A stretch of DNA of 52,747 nt from assembly GCA_002269645.1 (NCBI GenBank), contig NIVC01004261.1, positions 1 to 52,747 on the forward strand. Direction: 5' to 3'. The stretch is from Macrostomum lignano (lineage: Eukaryota). A program made the position numbers and the translations under genes. Below the pieces are notes generated by a model. The model ran no database searches. It was not told where the DNA came from and worked only from the letters and a program-made list of their open reading frames with translations. Positions 1 to 13,600 of the stretch are shown here, in pieces; position 1 is the first letter of the stretch, and every line of letters begins with the position of its first letter.

Positions 1-305
1 GAATCAGAGCAGACTCGAATCCTTGATATGGGATCATAGGAAACTCAAATCCTCAAGATGGGATCACAGGAGATTCAAATCCTCGATATGGGATCATATG
101 AGACTCAAATCCTCGATATGGGATCATAGGAAACTAAAATCCCAAGATGGGGTCAGAGGAGACTCAAATCCCCAAGATAGGATCACAGGAGATTCAAAAT
201 CCTCAAGACGGAATCAGAGCAGACTCGAATCCTCGATATGGGATCATAGGAGACTCAAATCCTTGATATGGATCATAGGAGACTCAAATCCTCAAGATAG
301 GATCA
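1..305. repeat. ~30-bp minisatellite (GGATCATAGGAGACTCAAATCCTCGATATG), truncated at window start
   Basis: About 10 degenerate tandem units; explains the repetitive SSIWDHR ORF 23..409. Confidence 0.85.
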
Positions 306-859
306 GAGAAAATGACATGTCATGTCAAGTATTTACTTACTTGGCTTGCAACAAAATACTTGGAGGAGACTCGAACAATGTAGGTGACGGTGAGTATTGT
401 TTAATTTAAAGTAGCACTTAGTCGATCGCTCCGGCAACAAGAATATGCTTGGTCATTGATCTCAGCGTAAAGCGGTTAGTCTGAAGCATATTTCAGCTAG
501 CTGCTAGTATAATATTCATAGAACTTCCTTTGTTAAGGAAGAAAAAACTTTTTAAGAAGCCAGCGAGTCAATGGAAGTCGAATCACGTGATTTGCGACGG
601 TCATCATCCGCTTTCATTCTTTCTCCAGCTCAACCGAAGACTTCCACTCGATTTAGACTCAAGTAACTTTTCCATGCTATGAAAAATACTTCAAGTCTGA
701 GCGTTTTAAGCGCTTGTGCTTAAATGCTACTTTCCTTTGTTATTGTTTCCTTCCTCATTAGCAGTGTAGCCCGTACATTAGCAATTAACGTAAGCTGCAT
801 TGAATCTTTGTGAAATAAACTGCTTATTCCAATTAAAAGACAATTCTATTTAACTCTCT

Positions 860-1465
860 TGTTGTCTGTGGGGTTCTTTCTGTCTTACTGTCTGTTCAGA
901 GCCTATCACTCGGTTATTGTCTGTCAGAGTCTCTGTCGCATTGTATGTTGGAGTCTTTTCTGTAGCACTGTCTGTTGGAGTCTGTCAGTCTGTCTGTCAC
1001 ATAGTCTATTGGAGTCTGTCAGTCTGTCTGTCACATTGTCTGTTGGAGTCTGTCAGTCTGTCTGTCACATTGTCTGTTGGAGTCTGTCAGTCTGTCTGTC
1101 ACATTGTCTTTTGGACTTGGAGTCTGTCAGTCGTCTGTCACATTGTCTGTTGGAGTATGTCAGTCTGTCTGTCACATTGTCTTTTGGAGTCTGTCAGTCA
1201 GTCAGTCGTTTTGTCTGTTGGAGTCTGTCAGTCTGTCTGTCACATTGTCCGTTGGAGTATGTCAGTCTGTCTGTCGCATTGTCTGTTAGAGTCTTCTGTA
1301 GCATTTTCTGTTGGAGTCTGCCTATCATTTTGTCTGTTGGAGTCTGTAAGTCTATGTCTTTAAATGTCTATCAAAGTCTCTGACACTGCCTGTCTTACTG
1401 TCTGTTTCCTTCTGCCAATCAATCAGTCTTACAGTCTGTTTGCCTGCTGTCAGTCTAAACAGCAG
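860..1465. repeat. ~34-bp TCTG-rich minisatellite (GTCTGTCAGTCTGTCTGTCACATTGTCTGTTGGA)
   Basis: Tandem units clearest at 970-1260, degenerate at the flanks. Confidence 0.8.
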
Positions 1466-1592
1466 ACTTTCCAGTCCATTATATCGTACTCGCACAACAG
1501 CAGGTTAGGGTTAGTATGTTTAAACAGTCCGACATCAGTGAAGACAAATATAAACTGGACACAGGGCATGCGAGCACATATATCTGACTCAC

Positions 1593-1778
1593 CGTGGTGA
1601 CCCCGGGCCCACTCGTTCAGCGAGCACCGGTGAATGCTGCCCCAGGACACAGACCGGCGTCTGACAGATTTCGGACCGGCTGAAGCCGGGGCGGAGCCGC
1701 TGTACAGCGAGCCAACGGGTCGACTCTCTTCCAGGCCCATGCTGCAAATGTTAGCGGCGGCACAGGCGATGCTAGTTG
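1593..1778 (-). CDS. Probable isolated coding exon of an unidentified gene (TSIACAAANICSMGLEESRPVG...WARGHH)
   Basis: GC-rich island bounded by CTACAG acceptor (1779-1784) and G|GTGAGT donor (1592); one frame open throughout. No family recognised and no partner exons found. Confidence 0.4.
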
Positions 1779-1792
1779 CTGTAGATTGACAG

Positions 1793-2272
<480 letters not shown>

Positions 2273-3132
2273 CTAGCAAGGAGTTGAAGCGCCTAGAGAC
2301 TAATAAACCTTCATTTAACCAGATTTACAAGAAAGTAATGAAACAAGTACAAAAATTAATGTTTTTTTACCTTTTCTTCGCAGGCTATATTTAAAGTCGG
2401 TTAAAATAGTTTTTTCTCTGCTTCGAAAACTCTTCAAAAACTAAAATAGCCTAGGTCACATAAGCCACTTATTAGAACTGTAGAAAGCTAGTTTTAGGCC
2501 CGCCCAAACAAATACGGAGGAGCCTCAAACAGATTTTATAAGCAGCTGGTTGGAATTTGACAGGAGACGGGGAAGGGGGAGAACAGGGGGAGAGGAAGGT
2601 AGTAGTGGCCCAGCAGCCAATGCGCTTTCAGCAACCTACTGGCTCAGCTAAAAGAGTAGAGGCCGCGGCGCAGGAAGAAGAAAGCAAGAACGCTCGAATG
2701 TGGCTGATCGGGCAGCAGCCAATTAAAAAGTGAGGAACCATCCGAATTCCCGAAGCGGCCGCATGGCGTGATTGGAACTGAAACAAACTGTCAGGGTTGG
2801 GCAGGACTAGGAGCGAGGCGTGCAGTTGAAGAGAGGGAGAGGGGAAGAGAGCCGAGCCGAGACAGATTAGACACGAGTCAAATCCGTCAAGTGTACACAG
2901 AGACAGAATCATTCATTTAAATAGTTGCCAGCCAGTGGCAGTCCCAGTCTGCCTGAGTGCCCCCCCCCCAGCCGAGACCGCTGAATGTCACTAGAGTGCA
3001 TCGCGAGTGATGAGGGAGGTTTGTTGAGTGAGGCACAAGATCGATGAGAAAGAGGAAGCCTCAAGTGTCGGCCCAACCACCTACCTACCCAGCTGGAGGC
3101 TGTCTGTATCCAGTGCGAATATCTTCGATTAG

Positions 3133-3210
3133 CCAGGGGTGGGCAAACTTTTTAGAGAGTGGGCCAAATAATACTTCATTGAACAGCCGCGAGCCAGAGC
3201 TTTGGGAACT
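3133..3210 (+). mobile_element. hAT/Charlie-like MITE fragment
   Basis: CAGGGGTGGGCAAACTTTTT start followed by GGGCCA and GCCGCGAGCC, resembling hAT non-autonomous termini; matching end and TSD not convincingly seen. Confidence 0.35.
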
Positions 3211-6200
3211 TTCTTGGTTGATAGAAATCTTTGGTTGAAAAGTACAATTGCAATAAAACATGCATATATGACCTATGAAGTCACACCAGCTGTGTGACTT
3301 CGTTTTGTGACTCACCCAATCCTTGTGCAACTTAGTTTGCTGCCTTTGTTACTTTGTTTTTGTTTCTCTTTTTGTTTTGCCTTCTCTTTTTTTGTTTCTT
3401 TGTACTGCACTTTCCATTTTACTTTTTCCTATTATCTATCATGGATTTTGTGCATTTCCTTCTTATCTTTTCTCTTTTTAGACTGTCAATTTTATGATCT
3501 TTGGATTGGATTGGACTTTGTAATAGTTGGCTAGCAATGACACATTTGCAATTAAAAATAGTTCTCAACTTTAACAGAAGAACAACTAGCATTTATTGAT
3601 TAAAAAAACAAAATACAGAAAGAAGTGCACTCCTATAAGAAGCAAAGCCTATATTCTTAATAAAGAATTAATAATAGTTAAAATTTAAAATATTACTAAA
3701 ATATTCATGCAATAATTATACTTAAAATATTAGGAAAATTTCATAAGAACAAAACTAGGCCTATTTGAAAACTCAAAAAGTAATAGAACTTAAACTTTCA
3801 TTTAGTCCATAAAAGCTAAATAAATGCAAATAGTCTATAAAAATGAGGTCTATAATAAGAATAAGATCTAGGGAGGGGAGCTTTCATTGTTTTTTTATTT
3901 TTCATTTTTATAAAAATTATATAAGTACATATATACAAATTACTAATAATAGGCTATCATTAGTAATAAAATTGAGATAGGCCCTATACTATTTAAACAA
4001 TTAAGATAATTAAATTAGGCCAAATTATACAATTTCCCTTTATATTAAAAATTATTTAGCTGAGTATTTTTTAGTTATATAGAATAAAAGTGCCTTGAAG
4101 TTATATATATTATATTATAATATTATAACATTTAAACACGATTAAATACTTTTTAAATACTTGTTCTTAAGCCTAATAAAGTCTTTTTAATACATAAATC
4201 ATGTTACTTAGGCCTAATCTATACTATAGACAAAAGAACAAAATTAAATATTTGAGCATTTTATGATTAAGTGTTTAGTCTAGATTCAAAGTCATTATAT
4301 ATCCAATTTATGATTCTTGTAATTATTATATTTATTATTATTATTTATTGATTTAAAACTTTTCTAAAGAGAAAATCCTCATTTATAATAATGAAAAAGA
4401 TTTAAAATGGAATATTTGATAATGATAAATATACTATTACTATCAATATCATAAATGGGCTAAATTGACAGGCTTTAAACCTGTAAGCATAGCTAAACTA
4501 TAAATTTGTACATTAATGATTAAGTATACTTCAGTCAGTAAAGTGTGAATATAAATTCTGGGATAAAAAACTTTCATGTTCAGTTATAAAATAACTGATT
4601 TAACTGAACATGAGAGAGCTTTTTGCATAAATACAAAATAATATAGATTGCACAAGCATTTATTGATAGATAGTCTGCACACAATTGTAGAGACCAGAAA
4701 ATGTATAAATTTAAATCTAATTTGAATCTTTGAATCTAATATTTGAATCCAATGATACAAGATTAAATAAAAAAATAAATTATGATTACAGATCAATCGA
4801 ACTGAAAAACAACCGTTCACTTTAATATTCACAGTTACAGGCCAAATATTACATGTTCTAAGAAAGTCAGAGAAAATTTATTGCACTTGATTTCGTGGAA
4901 GTTTAAATATCGCGCTCGATTAAATCAGCTGACCCAATTTCAAAACACACGTACAATACAAGCCGGAAAATTTAAGTATTTTGATTGCACAGAGTGCTAC
5001 CATTATTTAAAAACTATTATGCCAAGCTTAAGTGCTCGCTAAGTAACTAAATAATTTACTTAGCAGTTGACTATGCACAGAATAAAGATATTTCCCCCTA
5101 TTCTTAATGTCTACGATTCGTCTGTATGGGACATTATACTAGTCTACATTTGACAAAAATGTGCTTGCAAAATTTTACGTTTTTGTTAATTAAGTTTATA
5201 AACTGACCTAACTTGATCGCGTTAGGTCTAAGAATCCTTTATAGCCAGTTATTTATATAGCATATTTTCTTACTTAGTTTCGCGGCGCTTCTTTACAACT
5301 ATTTGCAAATACAGAAGTCTAGCCGCCGATAAAAAAGAAACTTTCTTCTTGAATACTGCTAGAGTTTAGCTAAAATTTCTTATAAATTTCTACCTAGTAA
5401 GCAAAACAGTGAGTTCGGAAAACAAAGACTAAAGTTTTTATAGATCGCATATTAGCAAACTGGGTGAATAGTATTATAAAGCATATATATTTATACCAAG
5501 TCTGCATTCCATACATAAATATATGTCGGCATGCGAGTGCCATTTCAGATATATATAGATTTATTGAAGTTTAGAAAGAGCCGGATATTTCAATTAATTA
5601 AAACAAAAATCGCATTCTGGAAGGGAGTCTGCAGGAGGGCACTGAAACAAAGCATTTCAAGACTACTTTTGTACGTAAAAGCAGTAAAGTTTTAATATTA
5701 ACATCGCATAAAAAGCAACAGTTGGGAGATAGAGAATGGTGTGCATAACTAAGCAGCTTAAAGGAGAACAAAAAGACAAGTTTTACTATGACCAAACAAA
5801 AACCCTAACAACAGCAGTGTAGTTCACACATTTGGAGGAGTATTACTAGCTAATAGTGAACAGTATAGTTTATACAGAAAAAAATATGATACGAAAACAG
5901 CAGAACTTGACACGTTTCAAATGGAAACTACGAGCGTGTTTCAAATTAAAGTACAACTAGCTGAAAATTCACTTCCAAGGTAGCTAGACAAGCATACCCG
6001 ACCCTGAAATTATCTAGTTCTTAATAACAAAACCAGAATTATTTTTATTGCTAAACCTAAATTTGAAGTTCTGTTTAAAAGAAAGTAAGATAGTTAACTA
6101 TATAATAAGCCGATATAAGTGAATATTATCAGGAATATTACAATCCCATGAAAACTACAAAAAAGCGACACTGGAAAAGCAAACAATTTAAACAAAAAAA

Positions 6201-6458
6201 ACGGAAAAGAAACTATCATCCAAGATCTTGCGATTTAAACCGACCACACTGAAAGCAAAGACAACGATCATCAGAAATGAATTAATAAATTGACATTAAA
6301 AAAACAAAAATAGCAAATTAAATTAAATGAATAACGAAAGCACACAAAGCGACCTTCGGAGAGGGAAAGGCAAACTTTAAAATAACTATTTTGTCATTTA
6401 TATATCCATGAATAAATTTGGATTTAGGAGACAGAAATTTAATTTTGTCTGGTAATTC

Positions 6459-6777
6459 TGTGAACTTCCTTATCTAAGTTACCAGAAGTCCACTGTGAAC
6501 TTCCTTATCTAAGTTACTAGAAGTCCACTGTGAACTTCCTTATCTAAGTTACTAGAAGTCCACTGTGAACTTCCTTATCTAAGTTACCAGAAGTCCACTG
6601 TGAACTTCCTTATCTAAGTTACCAGAAGTCCACTGTGAACTTCCTTATCTAAGTTACCAGAAGTCCACTGTGAACTTCCTTATCTAAGTTACCAGAAGTC
6701 CACTGTGAACTTCCTTATCTAAGTTACCAGAAGTCCACTGTGAACTTCCTTATCTAAGTTACCAGAAGTCCACTGTT
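6459..6777. repeat. 35-bp minisatellite (TGTGAACTTCCTTATCTAAGTTACCAGAAGTCCAC) x9
   Basis: Near-perfect tandem units. Confidence 0.95.
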
Positions 6778-7335
6778 GAAGCTATCAGAAGTCCTCTACG
6801 TAGGCTACCAGAAGTCACTGTTTAAGCTACCAGAAGTCCTCTACTTAGGCTACCAGTCCTCAGTTGAAGCTACCAGAAGTCCATTGTTTAAGCTACCTGA
6901 AGTCCCACTGTTTAAGCTACCAGAAGTCCATTGTTTAAGCTACCAGAAGTCCACTGTTTAAGCTACCAAAAGTCCACTGTTTAAGCTACCAGAAGTCCTC
7001 TATTTAAGCTACTAGAAGTCCTCTACTTAGGCTACTAGAAGTCCTCTATTTAAGCTACCAGAAGTCCTCTATTTAAGCTACTAGAAGTCCTCTATTTAAG
7101 CTACCAGAAGTCCTCTATTTAAGCTACCAGAAGTCCTCTATTTAAGCTACCAGAAGTCCTCTATTTAAGCTACCAGAAGTCCTCTATTTAAGCTACCAGA
7201 AGTCCTCTATTTAAGCTACCAGAAGTCCTCTATTTAAGCTACCAGAAGTCCTCTATTTAAGCTACCAGAAGTCCTCTATTTAAGCTACCAGAAGTCCTCT
7301 ATTTATGCTACCAGAAGTTCTCCATTTAAGCTACC
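6778..7335. repeat. 23-bp minisatellite (TTTAAGCTACCAGAAGTCCTCTA)
   Basis: More than 20 tandem units, related to the adjacent 35-mer. Confidence 0.95.
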
Positions 7336-7642
7336 AAAAATCCTATTTTGAAGCCAAAATCCTAAAGTTCTCTACATAAGCCACGCTAGCACAACCATTG
7401 GGTCCTTGACTTATTAAGCTATGACGTCACTCATGTCAAGCAGCTAAGCTAAGCTTTAACGCACTAACTGAGCGCAAGTTTTCAGAGCCTAAATAATTAT
7501 TTTAAGCAGTTTAATTCAGACCAGACGAAAACAAGCATAGATGTCAGAAAAGTTGCCACATTGTCTATAAATGAATGATAATGATGAACTCTTACTGCTG
7601 AGTAGAAATCTCCAATCTCCACCCGATTATCAGAGCAGAGCT

Positions 7643-10600
7643 CTAGCTGTGCTTAGAGCAGCCAGGCTGACCAGAGTCGTACGAAGAAGCGGCGGCGCCC
7701 TGTCCCTCGGAGCTGTCCCTCCGCATAGATTCGTAATAGTGCAGAGTGGACTCCGCCAGCGCCCTGGCCAGTATGGCGTTCTCGTCCCAGTCTGACATCT
7801 CGGCTGGCAGGTAGTCGACAAGATTCGTCGCCGGCATTGGCATTGTCGACGATGAACGAGCTGCGGGAGACGCCGACGCCGTCGACGCCGCGGCCGCCAA
7901 TCCGGCATCGGCGAAGTCGCCAACAACTGCGGCGGCGGAGGCGCCGATCGAAGTTGGCGGCGGAGGAGTTCGCGGAGAGCCGACAACGGCAGCAGCGGAG
8001 ATCGGAGGGGAGCCCCGAGGCGACAGGGGCAGCAGCTGGTGCTGCTGCTGCTTCGAACGGGGGCTTCGCCTGCCAGTGCCGGCTGCGAAGCCGCCGCCTC
8101 CGACACCCACCCCACTACCGCCTCCGCCGCAGGCGGCAGCGGATGACGCATTCGAGCCTTTATATGGTTGGATGGAAATTGAATTTGGTTTGTACCTTTG
8201 AGCAATGACTCATTACTGTCTTCGACTGTCTGCCTGAAAGCGTTTTAGTCTGTTTAATTGTGGGTCTGTCTGTCTGTCTGCCTTACATTCAGCTTACAGT
8301 CATCGCAAGACGCACACGGGCAGACAGACAGACACAAACAGACAGGCAGACAGACACAAGCAGACAGACAGACACAGACAGGCAGACAGACAGCACGGAC
8401 AGACACAGACAGGCAGACAGACAGCACGGACAGACACAGACAGACAGATAGACAGACAGAAATACAAAGCAAAATCTATTGCGGATCAGGACAAACATGA
8501 AAACTGCAGCACGAACCTCCGAGCCGGGAATTCACGTATTCCTTGTAGCTCTCCTCCGCAATCTGATTCTCAATCTGGCTCTGCATTAAATCCCAATCAG
8601 TATCGCGCATTTTATCTTTCAGCATGGCCTCCTCAATTTGATTCTCTTCTGATCGTTTGATCGCCTCAGACAGCAGCTGCTTGTCGGCCAGGCCGGGTTC
8701 GAACTCCGGCAGCCCGAGGCCGATGCCGACAGTGGCGGAGTACGGCTCCCTGATCGAATTGTAGTGAACGCTGCCGTGATAGCTCAGCCGGATGGGCGGA
8801 TAATCGGTCTTGTATTCGCCGTGAAACACGTTGCGAGGCTCTGCGGAGTAGGTTAATTAATTAACAAGATCGAATATTATACGGATTAATTATCACGCAA
8901 TGGCACACCAATCAGATTTAGATTGCATTAGGGGAATCCCTGTTTATTGTACCTTAATCACTCAGATGTACATTGAATAAGGGGAATCCCCTGCGTATTC
9001 TAAGCCAACCAATCAGATGTTCATTGAATAAGGGGAATCCCCTGCGTATTCTAAGCCAACCAATCAGATGTTCATTGAATAAGGGGAATCCCCTGCGTAT
9101 TCTAAGTCAACCAATCAGATGTGCATTAAATAAGGGGAATCCCCTGCGTATTCTAAGCCAACCAATCAGATGTGCATTGAATAAAGGGAATCCCCTGCGT
9201 ATTCTAAGCCAACCAATCAGATGTGCATTGAATAAGGGGAATCCCCTGCGTATTCTAAGCCAACCAATCAGATGTAGATTGAATAAGGGGAATCCCTGTT
9301 TATGGTACGCCTTGAATCACTCAGATGTACATTGAATAAGGGGAATCCCGCTTATTGCACGTCAACCAATCAGATATACATTGAATAAAGGGAATCCCCT
9401 ATTTATTGCACGAAAACCAAGCAGATGTACATTGAAGAAGGGGAATCCCTGGTTATTGTTACTTTGAACAGCCGCTAAACAATCTGATTAAATTGCAAAG
9501 GCAATGTCTAGCGACTGTTTAGTGTTTTTAGACTCAATGCTCGCGTAGTGATTTATTTTTTAAACTATGAAAATGAATAAAAAGCATAAACAATTCGCAC
9601 CGATATCGTAGTAGTAGATTTCAATCGGTCTGTTATAGACTTCGGCCAGAGCTTGAATCTCCAAATGGTTGCCATGGCAATGCACGTTGCGCTTTCTAGC
9701 GATGTACTTGGCAAAGTCCTCCGTGACGTACTGGGAGAAGTGCTCCTCGTTCTTGCTCATGTAGTTTAGGCAGTTTGTGCGGACCTGTTTTGTGAGAATG
9801 CATTGCGATTCATTGGTTTTCTAAGTAGACTGTTTGCCCCTTAACAAGCGGCCATCCAGGAACTGAGGATCTGGGAGGCTCAGCCACAAACTGAGGTTTA
9901 GAGGCTGGCCCAGCAGCTGAGGATCTGGGAGGCTGGCCAAGCAGCTGAGGATCTGGGAGGCTGACTCAGCAACTGAGGATCTGGGAGGCTGGCCCAGCAA
10001 CTGAGGATCTGGGAGGCTCAGCCACAAACTGAGGTTTAGAGGCTGGCCCAGCAGCTGAGGATCTGGGAGGCTGGCCCAGCAGCTGAGGATCTGGGAGGCT
10101 GGCCCAGCAGCTGAGGATCTGGGAGGCTGACTCAGCAACTGAGGATCTGGGAGGCTGGCCCAGCAACTGAGGATCTGGGAGGCTCAGCCACAAACTGAGG
10201 TTTAGAGGCTGGCCCAGCAGCTGAGGATCTGGGAGGCTGGCCCAGCAGCTGAGGATCTGGGAGGCTGGCCCAGCAACTGAGGATCTGGGAGGCTGGCCCA
10301 GCAACTGAGGATCTGGGAGGCTGGCCCAGCAGCTGAGGATCTGGGAGGCTGGCCCAGCAACTGAGGATCTGGGAGGCTGGCCCAGTAACTGAGGATCTGG
10401 GAGGCTGGCCCAGCAACTGAGGATCTGGGAGGCTGGCCCAGTAACTGAGGCTCTGGGAAGCTGGCCCAGCAACTGGGAATCTGGGAGGCTGGCTAGAAAG
10501 CTACCCATGCTAATAAGCGCCATATTTGAATGCACCCAGCAAATACACAGAGCCGCACCTCGTCATGCATTTCCTGGTCACCATAAATCTGGTCCGCAAC

Positions 10601-13600
10601 AGCCCTGAACAGGCAGGCGCCATCGCTGGCCATCTGCTTGATGCACCAGCCTTTCTTTTCCATCATCTGGGCGAATTTTTCTTCATCCTGTGGGAAAAAG
10701 GGATATAGTGAACAGGTTGTGTCAAAAAAATTAGAAAATAAAGCATGAAAAAATAATTTACCACATAAATAGTACACTTAAGATTAAAAGTTGGATGGGT
10801 TTAATATTTTTTGATGTGTTTGGATTTAATTATAGTTATTTCATAGTTATAGTTAAGATCATGTTAGATTATTTTTGTTTTTTTAAATAATAAAAGACCT
10901 AAGACTTTATTGTTAGACAAAATAGTCTAAGTCTTAGATAAAATTTTAGTTACATTTTGTCAGTTCCAAATTTGAATTTTTTTCAAAGGCTGTCATAGCA
11001 AGCCAAATCTAAAGATAAAATTGATTAAAAATATATATGAAACACTATAGTATATCTAGCCTTTATAATATAGAATATTTTGTTGTGTACAACTTTCTTA
11101 GAAAATATAGTACTTATTCAAATGTCTGCCAAACAGTAATAATTTTGTTTAAGTGCTATGCACTCAAATAATATTCTACAAAATTAAAAAGTTTGTTATA
11201 AATACATTGCCTGATTGGTATAAATAGGAGCCCAGAATGGGCCAGGAAAAGCAACTGCTCGCTTGCTCAAGTAAGATCGTGACAATTAGTCCACTCAAAA
11301 AAAATCCTAAGCATTTTTACTTGGCTTATTCATTTCTATAGTATTAAGCCCCTTGTTGGGAGTATCAGAAACCACTAAAAGCAAGAATCACCTCAGGGCA
11401 GAAAAGCACTATAGAGTAGTAAGATCGCCACAGGGCAGGAAAAGTGCCTCAGGGAAAATGCACAAGGCTGTGACCCTCTGATCCAGGGAATGCCCAGGAC
11501 TGAGAGAAAACTTATAGGAATAAATAGAGTAGACAATGCCATTAGACCACTCAGGCCAGAGAGTACAATACATGTACAGATGCTACCAATAAGATAAGTA
11601 GATGCTACCAATATAGAAGTAAATAGAGAAGTAGTCACATTACCAATAAGTATAAGAACATTGATACAAAAGTACATTAATAGAGAGAAGTTTAACCCTG
11701 CAACAACAGCTTTGGGAACCAGAAAATAGGAGTTAGAAAGTAGCCTACCCTACAACAGCTGGTAACTCAGTGATAGGATATTTGTAAGGACAGGAGAAAG
11801 AGGCCTATCACATATTAATAATAGATAAATTAAAGACTTTTAATACAAATGGGCCTAACTTGCCTAAAGCATAGGTTTAAATCTAATTTTTTGTTTATTG
11901 AAAAAACTATTGACATTCATTCTATTTTATTGTAATTTGATTTTTTTGGAAAAGTATACTTAATAGGTACTAAGTAGAATATATATTTATATATATTATA
12001 TAAAGATAACTTATCATCCTTTAAGGTTGGACAATATTTCAATCTCACAACTGATGTTTGAGATTGTGACTTGTGATTTAATTTAAATTTTAAAAAGTGA
12101 CAAGAATCCAAGATAAAAAACACATTTTTGTAAAGGGAAGTAACAATATGTAAATTAGTAAAATAAGGAATAAATGCATAGCCAGAAATATAATTGTAAT
12201 TTTATTCTTTCTTTTCAGATTGTTAGATAAGAATAACTAGGCTAATATTATAATCTATTACATTATTGCAATCAATTGTAAAATAATATACAAGTTGACT
12301 TATTATGATTTTGCAAATACTAATATAATCTTATCATTAGAAAATACATTTAATAGTAGAGGTCGGACAGGATCCTGATCCCGATCTCGAAATCTCAGGA
12401 TCCCGAAGAAAATTGAATTCCCATGGGACCAGAATCCTGACCCTTAAAACTCAAGATTTGGAAATAGGTCTTTTGATTAAAAATTTATAGAATTAGTGAT
12501 TACTTAAGGTATTTTGCTTCAACTTGTACTCGTTACATTATTTACTTTGTTGGTTACAAAACTTCATATCAATTTTGTTGTGTTTTACTTTTTGATCTTG
12601 ACAATCTTTTTTCAATTTTGTTTAACTTTACATGGACAATACACTAAAAAACCTGATCCCGATTCTTGAATCCCGATCCCAATCCCAAGAAAATAATTAT
12701 TCCCAATCCCGATCCAGCCCGAAGATTTCAATCCTATCTGACCTCTACTCAATAGACATTAACTTTTGAGGTTAAATACAATGCTTTTCATTTTATAGTT
12801 ATTGTTTATTGCCTCACTTATAATAATAAATTCAAATAAATACTTGAAAATTCAAATGAGTGTAACAAATACTTTTTTTAATATTAGGCCCTACCCTATT
12901 ATTATTAGATTTTATGCAAGTTTCAAAATAAATAAATTCCAAAGTCTTAAAGTTGCAATTGAATCTTATATTGTATTCTTTATAATATCAAATCTGAAAA
13001 ATCTCAAAATTCTATATTGGCCTAGCCTAGGCCTAATTATCTAATAAAAAATGTTGAATATACTAATAAAACTTAATAAAACTATACTATACTTTAAAAC
13101 TTGAAATGAAAAAAACTAAATTAATTGCTTACCTCAATAGTTTTCCTAGTGATATTGCCATAGTATTCATCTTCACTATTATTATCATCAGAGTTGCAAA
13201 TGTCTTCTTGAGCTGATGAGCCAGGCAGAAGGGCCTGTGGATGAGATGACTGATATAATCCTTGATGGGCAGGAAGCCCACAAGAAGCACCTTGCTGACT
13301 AGGTGGAAAATTTTTGTCAGAAAAGCCAGGAGACAAGCACCTCTTTTTGGCATGACAACCACTTTCCAAATCATACTGAGCTGATGGCCTCTCTTTTCTG
13401 GAGCCTATAACATTTCTTTCATGGCGAACATTCATAGAAGAGCTTGATGTGGCAGACCTATCGCCAAATGGCTGTCTGTAGGCCTCGGCGTTTGGCAATT
13501 CCGCAAAATTGTGCGACTGCGGTTGAAAGCCACTCGGGTGATGATGTCCATGCCCATGAATAACATCAGACAAGTTTCCAGAGCGATGATCTATCTCAGG

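Noticed and set aside
2628-2912. 94-aa minus-strand ORF as an upstream exon for the 1593-1778 exon
   Set aside because: The candidate donor at 2639 is phase 0 but the downstream exon needs phase 1; no recognisable motif.
3500-6400. Very AT-rich stretch with short ORFs (also 10750-13100)
   Set aside because: ORFs are short, Leu/Phe/Ile-biased chance frames; no structure beyond composition was seen.
7630-8208. Overlapping Arg/Pro-rich ORFs 7630..8205 (-) and 7837..8208 (+)
   Set aside because: Alternative frames of the GC-rich last OTUD5 exon; only the 7643..8157 frame has the conserved DWD..IL motif.
12355-12749. AGTAGAGG...CCTCTACT ends resembling the Polinton AGTAGAAGG termini (non-autonomous derivative?)
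   Set aside because: Similarity stops after about 6-8 bp and there is no 6-bp TSD; an 8-bp degenerate TSD and subterminal repeats fit a hAT-type MITE better.
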